DNA of 64,000 nt from a virus (taxonomy: Duplodnaviria > Caudoviricetes): IMG/VR virus record IMGVR_UViG_3300044718_000102, positions 271 through 64,270 of that record. One strand, written 5' to 3'. The notes below the pieces were generated by a model. That model had not been told where the DNA came from. It saw nothing but the letters and a program-made list of their open reading frames with translations, and ran no database searches. Both the position numbers and the translations under genes were made by a program. Shown here in pieces: positions 1 to 8,793 of the stretch. Position 1 is the first letter of the stretch. Every line of letters begins with the position of its first letter.

Positions 1-5
1 GACCG

Positions 6-269
6 ATGAGCCGCCACGAGATCCCGGCGCGCGACCCGGCCCACAAGGTGATCGTCGGGTGGGACCATCCGCTGCTCACCTTCTTCGTGCAGGTGATCGA
101 CCGCGCCAGGGAAGACGCCGGCGACGACGAAAAGTTCGTGCTCTGGCGCGGCACGAGCCTGCGCGAGATCTACGAGATCGACAGGCTCGCCCGCCTCACC
201 GGCCGGTACGCCGAGGTCACCGACGCCATGCGCGCCACCCTCTACGCCGACAAGGATGAAGGCCGATGA
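6..269 (+). CDS. Phage hypothetical protein
   Basis: 87 aa ORF, normal composition, ATGA overlap with next gene. Confidence 0.7.
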   Translation: MSRHEIPARDPAHKVIVGWDHPLLTFFVQVIDRAREDAGDDEKFVLWRGTSLREIYEIDRLARLTGRYAEVTDAMRATLYADKDEGR

Positions 270-634
270 GCGCCACCCATTTCCAGGACTTCGTCCGCGA
301 CAACGGATTGCCGGTGACTGTCGAGTATGAGGTCGATGGCAGCTACTCGGCGCCCAGCTACTCGCCGCACTCCGGCGCCGACAGCGGCGACGCGCCGAAC
401 TACACGATCATCCGGGCGTGGCCGAACACGCCAGGGCACGAGCGCCTCGCGCGCCTGCTGTTGCGTCGCCCCCTCTTAGGCCTGCGGGGGCTCACGTGGG
501 CATACCGCACCTTGATGCGCCTGGACGAATGGTGGCGCGCGAGCCTCACGCCCGCCGAGTACGAGCGCTTCGAGGCGTGGCTCGCCGAGCACCACGTCGA
601 AGAAGATCCCTGCGACCCCGAGGACTACCTATGA
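266..634 (+). CDS. Phage hypothetical protein
   Basis: Coupled by ATGA overlaps on both sides. Confidence 0.7.
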   Translation: MSATHFQDFVRDNGLPVTVEYEVDGSYSAPSYSPHSGADSGDAPNYTIIRAWPNTPGHERLARLLLRRPLLGLRGLTWAYRTLMRLDEWWRASLTPAEYERFEAWLAEHHVEEDPCDPEDYL

Positions 635-1032
635 GGTCCTCCCGCAGCCGTATCCACATGCTCACCGTGGCGGCCGCGCGCCTCGAGGCAGACCACTCCA
701 ATCCGAAGCTGATCGCCGATCTGCGCGCGGCCGCGAAGCAGGCCGCCGAGAGGCACGCCGATGGCCGCGGCTACGACCGCGACGAGGAGCAGCGCCGCAT
801 CGAGCGCCAGCGCACGCTGTTCCACGCGCTGCCGAGCTCGAGCGCAACCGACCGCCTGCGCGACGCCATGGCGCAGCGCGCCTACGACCTGATGTGGGAC
901 GGCGACTGTCTCGCCTGCGACGCGCTGATCGAGTTCCTGCCGTCCGACCTCGCGACGCAGATGTTCGAAGCCTGGCTGAACGACCAGGACGGCAAGAACC
1001 CGAAATCAAAATGGCATGGAGGCGCCCTTTGA
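631..1032 (+). CDS. Phage hypothetical protein
   Basis: ATG at 631 overlaps previous stop; protein-like composition (MRSSRSRIHML...). Confidence 0.65.
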   Translation: MRSSRSRIHMLTVAAARLEADHSNPKLIADLRAAAKQAAERHADGRGYDRDEEQRRIERQRTLFHALPSSSATDRLRDAMAQRAYDLMWDGDCLACDALIEFLPSDLATQMFEAWLNDQDGKNPKSKWHGGAL

Positions 1033-1532
1033 GCGGCAAGCCATGGCCTCCCGAACGAAAGGCCGCCCAGGCAGCACGCCTGCGCGATCGCTGGCGCCGC
1101 GGCGCATTCCGCAAGCGCAAGCCGGCGTCGATCGACGACGCCGAGCGCGCCGCCCGCTCGGCCCGGATGGCCGCGCTCAACGCGCGCATGTGCGAGGACC
1201 GCGCGCTCAAGCGCAAGTGCGTTGCCGGGCAGAAGCGGGTGCGCCGGCGCAAGCGCTATCGCGCCCTGCAGGGCGGCCGGATGCGGGCGCTGATGCGTGA
1301 CAGGCCCGAGCTGCGCGAGCTCGCCCGCACCCACGCGGCGCGCATCAACCGCGATCCGAACGTCCGCCGCCGGCAGTGGGCAACCCGCCGCGCCAACATG
1401 CGGAAGGGCACGGCCGCCTACCGCGAGGTCCAGGTCGAGCTGGCTGCCGCGAGCCTCAAGCGGCCGCCGATCGCCGAGGGCGACGCGCTGCTGGCGGCGC
1501 TGCGGCAGCATCACGGGAGGGCGCCGCAGTGA
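1029..1532 (+). CDS. Arg-rich basic phage protein, possibly nucleic-acid binding
   Basis: TTG start overlapping previous stop; highly basic helical sequence. Confidence 0.55.
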   Translation: MSGKPWPPERKAAQAARLRDRWRRGAFRKRKPASIDDAERAARSARMAALNARMCEDRALKRKCVAGQKRVRRRKRYRALQGGRMRALMRDRPELRELARTHAARINRDPNVRRRQWATRRANMRKGTAAYREVQVELAAASLKRPPIAEGDALLAALRQHHGRAPQ

Positions 1533-1882
1533 CACCGCGCGAACGCATCCGCCGCCTCTCGGGCCCCGAGATCGAGCTCACCGTGCACCTCTACAAATCA
1601 GGCGCGGCCGCCACGCCGGTGCGCGTGATCGCGACCGCGATCAAGACCGCGATGACGCTGCGCAAGCTCGGCCTGGCGCACGCCTGGTCGCGCTACTCGG
1701 AGGGCCGCGGATCGGACGGCCCGTTCTTCACGCTCACCAGCGCCGGCGTCTACCGCGCCGAGGAGCTCTACCTCTCGCGCCAGCAGGGGCGCGGGCCGTC
1801 AACGATTTCTCAGTCGAGTACCGCGCACAGTGCGTCCCAACCAAGTCTCTTCAACCCAGGAGACGACCATGAACGTTCGTAG
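1529..1882 (+). CDS. Phage hypothetical protein (winged-helix-like)
   Basis: GTGA overlap; FTLTSAG wing-like motif. Confidence 0.55.
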   Translation: MTPRERIRRLSGPEIELTVHLYKSGAAATPVRVIATAIKTAMTLRKLGLAHAWSRYSEGRGSDGPFFTLTSAGVYRAEELYLSRQQGRGPSTISQSSTAHSASQPSLFNPGDDHERS

Positions 1883-2372
1883 TTTCGACCCCGCCCAGGG
1901 CCAAGCCTTCCAAGGCGATGTCGCCATCATCCCGATGCCGGGCGACATCGCGATCGCGCGCAACGATGAGGTCAGCCCGGTCAAGGGCCGGCTGATCTTG
2001 CAGGAGGGCGAGGTCACCGGCCATCACCACGCGATCAAGCTCGAGCGGCACTTCCGCACGAGCCAGTCGATCGTCGGCGATCCGGCGACCGCGACGCGCG
2101 ACGCGCGCCTGCGCAAAGCGTTTCGGGCCAGCAGCAAGCCCGTCGCCGCGGCGTCGGTTCGCATGTTCCGCGATCTGACCGCCGTCAACGAGCTCGTCCG
2201 CCGCGGCATTCTTACCCGCGCGGACCTCGCCGTCGGCTGCCTCGTCGTCGAGGGCGAGCCGGTCACTGTGAGCCACGAGGAGCACGACGCGATCCGCCTG
2301 CCCGCCGGCAACTACTACGTCGGCCGCCAGGTGGAGAGCGCCGGCGCCGAAGAACGCCGGGTGAAGGACTGA
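1869..2372 (+). CDS. His-rich conserved protein, usual upstream partner of DUF6745-type proteins
   Basis: Motifs QGDV, EGEVTGHHH, HEEH..I.LPAGNY.V.RQ.E, RRVKD; GGAG RBS. Confidence 0.8.
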   Translation: MNVRSFDPAQGQAFQGDVAIIPMPGDIAIARNDEVSPVKGRLILQEGEVTGHHHAIKLERHFRTSQSIVGDPATATRDARLRKAFRASSKPVAAASVRMFRDLTAVNELVRRGILTRADLAVGCLVVEGEPVTVSHEEHDAIRLPAGNYYVGRQVESAGAEERRVKD

Positions 2373-2375
2373 GCC

Positions 2376-3779
2376 ATGGTGAAGCGCGTCGATAGCCTCT
2401 CCCCGGAGCAGACCGCCAGGATGGCGGCCCACCGGGACAAGTGGATTGCGCTCGGTCTCTCGACCGAGCGCATGAGCTCCGATGACCATCGCGACGTGGA
2501 GTCGGCCGTGCGGCTCTGGTACCGCCGCGCCAACTTCGAACAGCCGAAGGCGGTGATCTTCGTGCCCTCGCCGTTCACGCTGCGCATCGCCACCGGGATC
2601 GCGGCCGGCGCGATCCACGTGGTCCGCAACGGGTGGCCCGCGCCTCAAGACAGCGCGGTCCACAGCGCGGTCCGCAGCGCGGTCGGCAGCGCGGTCCACA
2701 GCGCGGTCCACAGCGCGGTCCGCAGCGCGGTCCACAGCGCGGTCCACAGCGCGGTCGGCAGCGCGGTCGGCAGCGCGGTCCACAGCGCGGTCCGCAGCGC
2801 GGTCCACAGCGCGGTCGGCAGCGCGGTCCACAGCGCGGTCGGCAGCGCGGTCGGCAGCGCGGTCCACAGCGCGGTCCACAGCGCGGTCCGCAGCGCGGTC
2901 GGCAGCGCGGTCGGCAGCGCGGTCCACAGCGCGGTCCACAGCGCGGTCGGCAGCGCGGTCCGCAGCGCGGTCCACAGCGCGGTCCACAGCGCGGTCCGCA
3001 GCGCGGTCCACAGCGCGGTCGGCAGCGCGGTCGGCAGCGCGGTCGACAGCGCGGTCCGCAGCGCGGTCGGCAGCGCGGTCCACAGCGCGGTCTATTTCCT
3101 CCTGCGCTGCGCCCAGGGGGCCCATGCGAACGAATGGTACGCCAACCTGTGGCCCGGGTGGGCGGCCTGGTGCACCTACTTCCGCGACGAGTGCGAGCTC
3201 GAGCTCGACGTCGCCATGATGGATGCGCTCGCGTCGATCGAGGCCATCGACTCGACGGCCAACGCCATCTCATTGCATCGCGACTTTGCGATGGTCTCCG
3301 ACCGGCCACACCTGCTCAAGCGCGATGCCGCCGGCCAACTCCACGGCGCGGACGGACCGGCGATCGCTTGGCGCGACGGCTGGGATCTCTACTTCTGGCA
3401 CGGCCAGCGCATCCCTCGCGATCGCGAGTGGATGATCGCGCGGCCAGCCGAGCTCACCCCCGACAAGATCGAGGCCGAGACAAACGCGGAGCTGCGCCGC
3501 ATCGCGCTCGAGATCTTCGGCTTTGAGAACTATCTCGTCGCTCGCCACGCCCGCGTGCTGGCCGCCGACGAGCTGCATGGCCAGCCACGGCGCCTCCTCG
3601 AGGTGGACGTCGCCGGCGCACCGGTGCGGATTATCGAGGTGACGAACGGCTCGCTCGAGCCCGACGGCACGCGGCGGAAATTCCACCTCGGCGCCATGCC
3701 GGGCGAAAACCCGCATGAGGCGATCGCGGCGAGCTACGGCATCAATCCGCGGCACTACCGCGAGGCCGTGCGGACGTGA
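2376..3779 (+). CDS. DUF6745-type protein with internal SAVx tandem repeat
   Basis: C-terminal SDRP..L.RD..G.LH..DGPAI.W.DGW.LY.WHG and I..E.NAELRR motifs. Confidence 0.8.
   Translation: MVKRVDSLSPEQTARMAAHRDKWIALGLSTERMSSDDHRDVESAVRLWYRRANFEQPKAVIFVPSPFTLRIATGIAAGAIHVVRNGWPAPQDSAVHSAVRSAVGSAVHSAVHSAVRSAVHSAVHSAVGSAVGSAVHSAVRSAVHSAVGSAVHSAVGSAVGSAVHSAVHSAVRSAVGSAVGSAVHSAVHSAVGSAVRSAVHSAVHSAVRSAVHSAVGSAVGSAVDSAVRSAVGSAVHSAVYFLLRCAQGAHANEWYANLWPGWAAWCTYFRDECELELDVAMMDALASIEAIDSTANAISLHRDFAMVSDRPHLLKRDAAGQLHGADGPAIAWRDGWDLYFWHGQRIPRDREWMIARPAELTPDKIEAETNAELRRIALEIFGFENYLVARHARVLAADELHGQPRRLLEVDVAGAPVRIIEVTNGSLEPDGTRRKFHLGAMPGENPHEAIAASYGINPRHYREAVRT
2649..3092 (+). repeat. 37 x 12-bp coding tandem repeat (NNC AGC GCG GTC)
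   Basis: Counted directly; the variable codon is CAC, CGC, GGC or GAC only. Confidence 0.97.
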
Positions 3780-3940
3780 GCGCTCTCGCCTATCTGCTCG
3801 CCGGCGCCGTCGTCGGCTATATCTGGCGCGCCGAGCTCGCGGCCGCCGGCGAGCGCATCGGCTGGGCGATCGGGCGGGCGTTCGCCGCGTGATGCTCGGC
3901 ATCGACATCGGCGCGCACCACAAGATCACGGGCCGCGCCG

Positions 3941-4258
3941 ATGGCTGACCCGACCCTCGCCGCGATCGCCGCGCTCGAGCGCGCGCTCACGCCGCAGGAG
4001 CGCCGCCTGCTCTTCCACACGCGCGCGGGCGGACCGCACCGCGGCCACGCGGCCGCGCCAGGTTCGGGCCCGCAGGGCGAGACGTGCGGATCGTGCCGGC
4101 ACCTGGCCCGCAACAGGCCATCCTCCCGCGCCTACCTCAAGTGCGGCCTCATGGAGGCGGCCTGGACCGGCGGCGCCGGCACCGACGTGCGCGCCCGGGA
4201 TCCGGCGTGCAGCCAGTGGCAGGCGCCTACGAGCCCTCCGGAGGCCGCAGACGACTAG
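3941..4258 (+). CDS. Cys-rich small phage protein
   Basis: CGSC.H, KC and PAC motifs suggest metal binding. Confidence 0.7.
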   Translation: MADPTLAAIAALERALTPQERRLLFHTRAGGPHRGHAAAPGSGPQGETCGSCRHLARNRPSSRAYLKCGLMEAAWTGGAGTDVRARDPACSQWQAPTSPPEAADD

Positions 4259-4455
4259 CCGGCGCCCGCCGGCTTCTCGAACGGCACCACCGCGCCGTCG
4301 GCGAGGTCGATGAGCTCGACCCGCGGGTCGCGCAGCGCCAGGGCGCGCGCCGCCTCGATCGCGGCCTCGCGGCGATCGCGCATCGTGCGCGCGACGCCCG
4401 CAACCCGGATCTCGTAGCGCGCGCCGGGCGGCCTGTATCCCGCGTCCATGGTCAT
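4255..4455 (-). CDS. Small hypothetical protein
   Basis: ORF with its own putative promoter (TTGACA on minus strand at 4504-4509). Confidence 0.55.
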   Translation of the reverse strand: MTMDAGYRPPGARYEIRVAGVARTMRDRREAAIEAARALALRDPRVELIDLADGAVVPFEKPAGAG

Positions 4456-4503
4456 CGTTCCCCGTCGTCGTCTGCCTCCGGGAGATAGTCGCCCGGGCGG
4501 CCG

Positions 4504-4585
4504 TGTCAAACCAAGCCCTTGCGCGGACTCAATAAATGAGAACAGGCAAGGGCTTGTCAGGAACCCTTAACCTGAAAGTGCAATT
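4504..4585. promoter_or_regulatory. Divergent promoter region with 11-bp inverted repeat
   Basis: CAAGCCCTTGC (4512-4522) / GCAAGGGCTTG (4546-4556); TTGACA on minus, TTGTCA on plus; AT-rich. Confidence 0.5.
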
Positions 4586-4593
4586 TTCCCGGC

Positions 4594-4959
4594 ATGGCAA
4601 AGGCCGCAACCCAGCCCGCCCCCTCGCTCGAGCGCCGCAAGCTCGCCGAGCAGCTCGTCGACACCCAGATCAAGCATCGCAAGATCTTCGAGCTGGTCGA
4701 CGGCCTCAAGGCCGGCCTCAAGCTGGTCGCCACCGCCGCCGGCGACGGCTTCCGCGAAGTGTTCGCCGGGCGCGGCCAGGTCAGCGTGTCGGCGGGTCGC
4801 GACAAGGAGTTCCTGGGCGACCTGCCCGAGCTCGACGTCGACCGCTGGGCCGAGCTCACCGACAAGCAGCGTTGCGCGCTGCTCGAGCGGGGCATCGTCA
4901 AGATGGTGCCGACGCACAAGCAGGCCTACCACGGCCGCGTCGAGGTGAAGCTGTTCTGA
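4594..4959 (+). CDS. Phage hypothetical protein
   Basis: 121 aa ORF with typical codon usage. Confidence 0.7.
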   Translation: MAKAATQPAPSLERRKLAEQLVDTQIKHRKIFELVDGLKAGLKLVATAAGDGFREVFAGRGQVSVSAGRDKEFLGDLPELDVDRWAELTDKQRCALLERGIVKMVPTHKQAYHGRVEVKLF

Positions 4960-4969
4960 AGGAGCGAGC

Positions 4970-5296
4970 ATGATCGAGTCCACCAACGGCCGCGTCGTGT
5001 GGTACTGGCCGAGCGCCGACGATCGCCGCCACATGGCCGCGCACGGCCCGCAGCCGATGGCGGCGCATGTCGCCTTCGTGTTCGGCGCGCGTTGCGTCAA
5101 CCTGATGGTGATCGACCACAGCGGCCGCCAGCACAGCCGCACCTCGGTGCCGCTGCTGCAGGACGGCGATCCGCGTCCGGAGGGCGGCTATTTCGCCGAG
5201 TGGATGCCCTACCAGAAGGGCCAGGCGCAGAAGACCGAAGCGACCGCTGCCGATCTTGGTGCAGCCGTCCGCCGCGCCGGCCTGGCGGGACCGTGA
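4970..5296 (+). CDS. Conserved phage hypothetical protein
   Basis: GRVVWYWP...VNL.V.D..G...TSV.L.Q...AEWMPYQ; AAGGAG RBS. Confidence 0.75.
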   Translation: MIESTNGRVVWYWPSADDRRHMAAHGPQPMAAHVAFVFGARCVNLMVIDHSGRQHSRTSVPLLQDGDPRPEGGYFAEWMPYQKGQAQKTEATAADLGAAVRRAGLAGP

Positions 5297-5298
5297 GC

Positions 5299-5667
5299 AT
5301 GGACAGCCTGCAGGTCACCGACGCGCAGTCGGCCGCCGTCGCCGTCGCGCCGCGCGTCACGCTCGACGACATCAAGGCGGCGATCGAGGGCACGTTCTAC
5401 ACCACCGGGACTGATGCGTTGCGTCACGGCACGTGGAGCACGGCCCCCGATTCCGGCGTGGGGAATGTCCTCGACGCGCTGACGCGCTTCACGATCTGCG
5501 TGCTCGTGATGCGCAACGGCTTCGTCGTCATCGGCAAGTCGGCGCCGGCGTCGCCGGAAAACTTCAACGCCGAGCTCGGCCGCAAGTTCGCCTACGAGGA
5601 CGCGGTGCGCCAGATCTGGCCGCTGATGGGCTTCGCGCTGCGCGACCGGCTCGCGGCCGCGGGCTGA
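5299..5667 (+). CDS. Phage Gp49/Gp66-family protein
   Basis: TICVLVMRNGFVVIGKSAPASPENFNAELGRKFAYEDAVRQIWPLMGF signature. Confidence 0.88.
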   Translation: MDSLQVTDAQSAAVAVAPRVTLDDIKAAIEGTFYTTGTDALRHGTWSTAPDSGVGNVLDALTRFTICVLVMRNGFVVIGKSAPASPENFNAELGRKFAYEDAVRQIWPLMGFALRDRLAAAG

Positions 5668-5674
5668 TGCCCGG

Positions 5675-6649
5675 TCAGGTCACGCCGTCGATCGCGACAT
5701 TACACCGGCGATAGAACTCGTACTCGCGCGCGATCACCTCGGTCACCGTCATCTCCGGGCCGCGAGAGCACAGCGGCACCATGTCGTGCCGGTTCGCCAC
5801 CTTCATCGCCGCTTTCTCGTCCGTCTCGAGCGCGATCTTCTGCGCCAGCATGACGTCGCCGGCGGCGAGGCCGGGCGGGCCGAAGCACCACTTGCACGCG
5901 ACCGTGCCGTCGGCGGCGAGCTCGTCGACGTTGATCGCCGTGCCCTTGTTGATGCGGTAGCGCTTGCCGCTCGCCGAGCCCGTCACCTCGAAATGCGCAT
6001 GCGCGTCGAAGCTCGCGCGCTGCGCCGGCGAGAGCCACTCGCGCAGCAGCTTGCGGGCTTTCTCGGCGGCGGGCGCGTTGCCGATGTAGCTCAAGCCTCC
6101 CGGCCGCAGGTCGGTGTGGATCTGGCGGATCGGAACGCCGCGATACGTGACGGCCGTCGCGTCCGGACCGCCGAGATCGACGCCGATCATCACGGGTGAC
6201 GCGTACGCCTCGGCGTACGCGTCCATCATCCGCCGGCACGCCGCCGCGAGCGCGTCCTGCATGCCGTCGAGCGCCGGGCCACTCGGCGTCACCTCGCCGA
6301 CCGTCAAGGTGCTCCAGTCCTGCTGCCACATCGTCGCGTAGGAATACGGCGGCGCGTAGCCGCCGAGGCCGAGGGCGCCACCGTTGCGCCGCAGCTCACG
6401 CGCGAGAGCCGGGAGGAGCTCCTCGAACGCGTGGTCGAGGTAGATCGGCTGCGGCGCGTTGTAGAGCTGGACGGCGTCGGGCAGCGAGGCGACGACGTCG
6501 ATGCGCGTGCGCCCGGCGGTGTAGGCACCCCGCAGATCGCGGATCATGTCCCGCACGTAGCGCCGCATCCGCTCCACGTGCACCACCACGGTGGCGCCGC
6601 CCTCCGGCAGCGCCATCACCATCTCGCGCGTGCGGCCGCTGCCGCGCAT
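5675..6649 (-). CDS. Hypothetical protein with conserved C-terminal domain (partner of the Gly-Gly protein)
   Basis: C-terminal LLREWLSPAQR.SF...FEVTGS.SGKRYRI...WCF...GDVMLAQKIALETDE; starts 3 nt after upstream stop. Confidence 0.75.
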   Translation of the reverse strand: MRGSGRTREMVMALPEGGATVVVHVERMRRYVRDMIRDLRGAYTAGRTRIDVVASLPDAVQLYNAPQPIYLDHAFEELLPALARELRRNGGALGLGGYAPPYSYATMWQQDWSTLTVGEVTPSGPALDGMQDALAAACRRMMDAYAEAYASPVMIGVDLGGPDATAVTYRGVPIRQIHTDLRPGGLSYIGNAPAAEKARKLLREWLSPAQRASFDAHAHFEVTGSASGKRYRINKGTAINVDELAADGTVACKWCFGPPGLAAGDVMLAQKIALETDEKAAMKVANRHDMVPLCSRGPEMTVTEVIAREYEFYRRCNVAIDGVT

Positions 6650-6652
6650 CGC

Positions 6653-6871
6653 TCAGCCGCCGGCGAGCCGCGGATAGAACAGCACTTCCTCGGCGTCCTT
6701 GTCGAACTTGCGCATCAGCGCGACCTCGCCCGGCCCGGCGCGGCGCGCGGCCGTGAAGCCCGAGCCGGTGAGCGCGCGGAAGCGATCCTCCGCCGCCTTG
6801 ACGCCTTTCGACGTCGCGACGTCGAAGTCCTGCCGGGTGTCGCCGGTGTGGTCCATGACGATGAGCTGCAT
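6653..6871 (-). CDS. 72-aa protein ending in Gly-Gly (ubiquitin/sulfur-carrier-like terminus)
   Basis: MQLIVMDHTGDT...EEVLFYPRLAGG-stop; GGAGGA RBS at 6877-6882. Confidence 0.8.
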   Translation of the reverse strand: MQLIVMDHTGDTRQDFDVATSKGVKAAEDRFRALTGSGFTAARRAGPGEVALMRKFDKDAEEVLFYPRLAGG

Positions 6872-6926
6872 GCCCGTCCTCCTGCGGTTGGCGGCCGCGA
6901 CCGTAGCTGATTTGCGGTTAAGCAAC

Positions 6927-6974
6927 AAAAAAGCCGCCGCCGGCGCCCGGGTTTCCCCGGCGCCGGCGGCGGCT
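6927..6974 (-). terminator. Rho-independent terminator closing the late/lysis operon
   Basis: Long GC stem AGCCGCCGCCGGCGCC...GGCGCCGGCGGCGGCT followed by a T run on minus strand. Confidence 0.85.
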
Positions 6975-7005
6975 GCGATCCCGGCTGCGGTGCCGGGTGA
7001 AGGTC

Positions 7006-7329
7006 TCAGAACTTGTGCGCCAGCATCGTCGCCAGCCCGGCGACCAGCGCGAGGCACAGCACCGGCACCAGCCAGGCGATCACCTGGCGCCGCACCGTGC
7101 TGGTCGTGTCCTCCGCCCGCTCGCGCGCGGCGCGCAGGAAGGCGTGGTCCTTCTGCACGTCGATCAGGTTGGCCTCGCCGTCGACCGCGAGGCCCATGCG
7201 GGCGAACTCGGTGCGGATCGCGCTCGAGATCCGGCCGCCGAGCTTGTCGGCGACATGATCGCCGATCGCCTCGACGTCGGACGCCGTCAGGCGCGAGCCG
7301 AACGGCAGCGGGCGCTGGCTATGGGCCAT
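7006..7329 (-). CDS. Lysis-cassette membrane protein (holin-like, one C-terminal TM)
   Basis: Hydrophobic C-terminus VIAWLVPVLCLALVAGLATML; position in lysis cassette. Confidence 0.55.
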   Translation of the reverse strand: MAHSQRPLPFGSRLTASDVEAIGDHVADKLGGRISSAIRTEFARMGLAVDGEANLIDVQKDHAFLRAARERAEDTTSTVRRQVIAWLVPVLCLALVAGLATMLAHKF

Positions 7330-7350
7330 GGCGGCGCTCGCGCGTTACGC

Positions 7351-8025
7351 TCAGAAGTGCCACTGCAGCCCGAGCCGCACCATCTGGGCGGCCGGCAGCG
7401 TGTCCATGGCGGGCTGGTAGAGGTACTGCACGTCGAGGCTCACGCTCGACGCGAGCGCGAACTCGGCGCCCGGGCCGGTGACCATCACGTTGCTGCCGCC
7501 GCGCTGCATCATGCCAATGCCGTAGTAGGGCGCGATCAGCGCGCTCGAGAGGCCGGCCGGCACCGGGATCTGCGCCGGCGCCTGGCCGCCGGTGGTGGTG
7601 CCAACCTGGCCCTGGCCGAGCAGGCCCGAGAGCGCGCCGCCGAATTTCACCTGCTCGAGCCCGACGATGTTGCCGGCGCTCAAGCCCGCGACGCTCGGGC
7701 CATTGCTCGCCTGGTAGCCGATGCTGCCCTCGACCGCGGCGAAATACGTGCCGTTCCACAATTGATACCCGACGCCGACGTCGAAGATCGAGCCGCCCGC
7801 GAACAGCGAGCCCGACAGCCCGTTGCCGATGACGTCGACATTGGTGCCGAGCCCGGTGATGCCGGCGCGCACATAGAGCCCCGAGCAGTTCGAGATGCTG
7901 CACGGCGCCGCCGCCGGCGCCGCGATCACGGGCGGCGGTGCGGGCGCCGGCGTCGCCGTCTGGGCAAGCGCGGGAGCCGCGGTGAGCATCGCGGCCGCAG
8001 CCGCCAGGGTGGCGAGACATCGCAT
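7351..8025 (-). CDS. Outer-membrane beta-barrel protein (Omp25/RopB-like)
   Basis: Signal peptide (ALA-Q), SGLYV.AG, GVGYQ, GAEFAL, QYLY strands, terminal VRLGLQWHF. Confidence 0.8.
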   Translation of the reverse strand: MRCLATLAAAAAMLTAAPALAQTATPAPAPPPVIAAPAAAPCSISNCSGLYVRAGITGLGTNVDVIGNGLSGSLFAGGSIFDVGVGYQLWNGTYFAAVEGSIGYQASNGPSVAGLSAGNIVGLEQVKFGGALSGLLGQGQVGTTTGGQAPAQIPVPAGLSSALIAPYYGIGMMQRGGSNVMVTGPGAEFALASSVSLDVQYLYQPAMDTLPAAQMVRLGLQWHF

Positions 8026-8066
8026 GGGTCTTCTCCTTGTTGTGGTGGGATGTTGCGAGGCGGAAA

Positions 8067-8768
8067 TCAGGTCGCGTGCACGAGCGGCGCGGCTTCCGTC
8101 GATTGCTGCTGCGACGACGCGATCGCGCCATCGCCGTTGCGAGCCGCGGCCGCCTTCTCGATCGCCGCCACGATCACGGGCAGGAACTTGCCCACCGCGG
8201 CGCGGGCCTCCGGTCCGAAGGCATCCAATGCGGCCGCGGCGTCGAGTGGCGGAGCGTGGCCCTGCGCGGCCGCGGCGATCTGGTGTCCGATGTCGGCCGC
8301 GACCTCGCCATCGATGCCGGGGATGCGGGCGAGCAGCTGCTCAGCCGCCTCGTTCGGCTTGACGCCGAAGTGATCGAGCAGCTCCTTGCCGATGCTCAGC
8401 CCCCGGCGCAGCGCGTTGGCGGCGACCTTGGAGCCGAGCTCGACCGTGAGCACGCGGCCACGGATGGCGCCCGGGGTCACCGCAAAGCCCCAGCCGATCA
8501 GATGGTCCCACAGCGCCTCGAGCGCCTGGCGCTTCTTATCGTCCTTAACGCTCAGGTGGATGAGCGCGCCGCCGGCGGTGCCGACCAGCACCAGCAGCCA
8601 TTGGGCGATGGCGAGCATGGTCGCGGAATCGAGCGTGAGCGTTGTCGGCGAGCTGCTCGGCGTCGCCGGCGTGAGGCCGGTGGCGATCAGGTCGCCGATC
8701 GGATCCGCGAATGCCGCCGACGCGCAGCACAAGGCCGCCGCGGCGAGCGCGGCATGACGAAGCTTCAT
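8067..8768 (-). CDS. Lysis-cassette membrane protein with signal peptide and TM segment
   Basis: MKLRHAALAAAALCCASAAFA then TM LAIAQWLLVLVGTAGGALI. Confidence 0.65.
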   Translation of the reverse strand: MKLRHAALAAAALCCASAAFADPIGDLIATGLTPATPSSSPTTLTLDSATMLAIAQWLLVLVGTAGGALIHLSVKDDKKRQALEALWDHLIGWGFAVTPGAIRGRVLTVELGSKVAANALRRGLSIGKELLDHFGVKPNEAAEQLLARIPGIDGEVAADIGHQIAAAAQGHAPPLDAAAALDAFGPEARAAVGKFLPVIVAAIEKAAAARNGDGAIASSQQQSTEAAPLVHAT

Positions 8769-8793
8769 TGGTTTTACTCCGGGGGCGGGGTTT

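Noticed and set aside
2649-3092. CRISPR array
   Set aside because: 12-bp period with only 2 variable bases, in frame within a CDS, no spacers and no cas genes
1851-3526. Alternate-frame repeat ORFs (DRAA, CGPR, QRGP)
   Set aside because: By-products of the stop-free 12-bp repeat; only the SAVx frame joins conserved flanking domains
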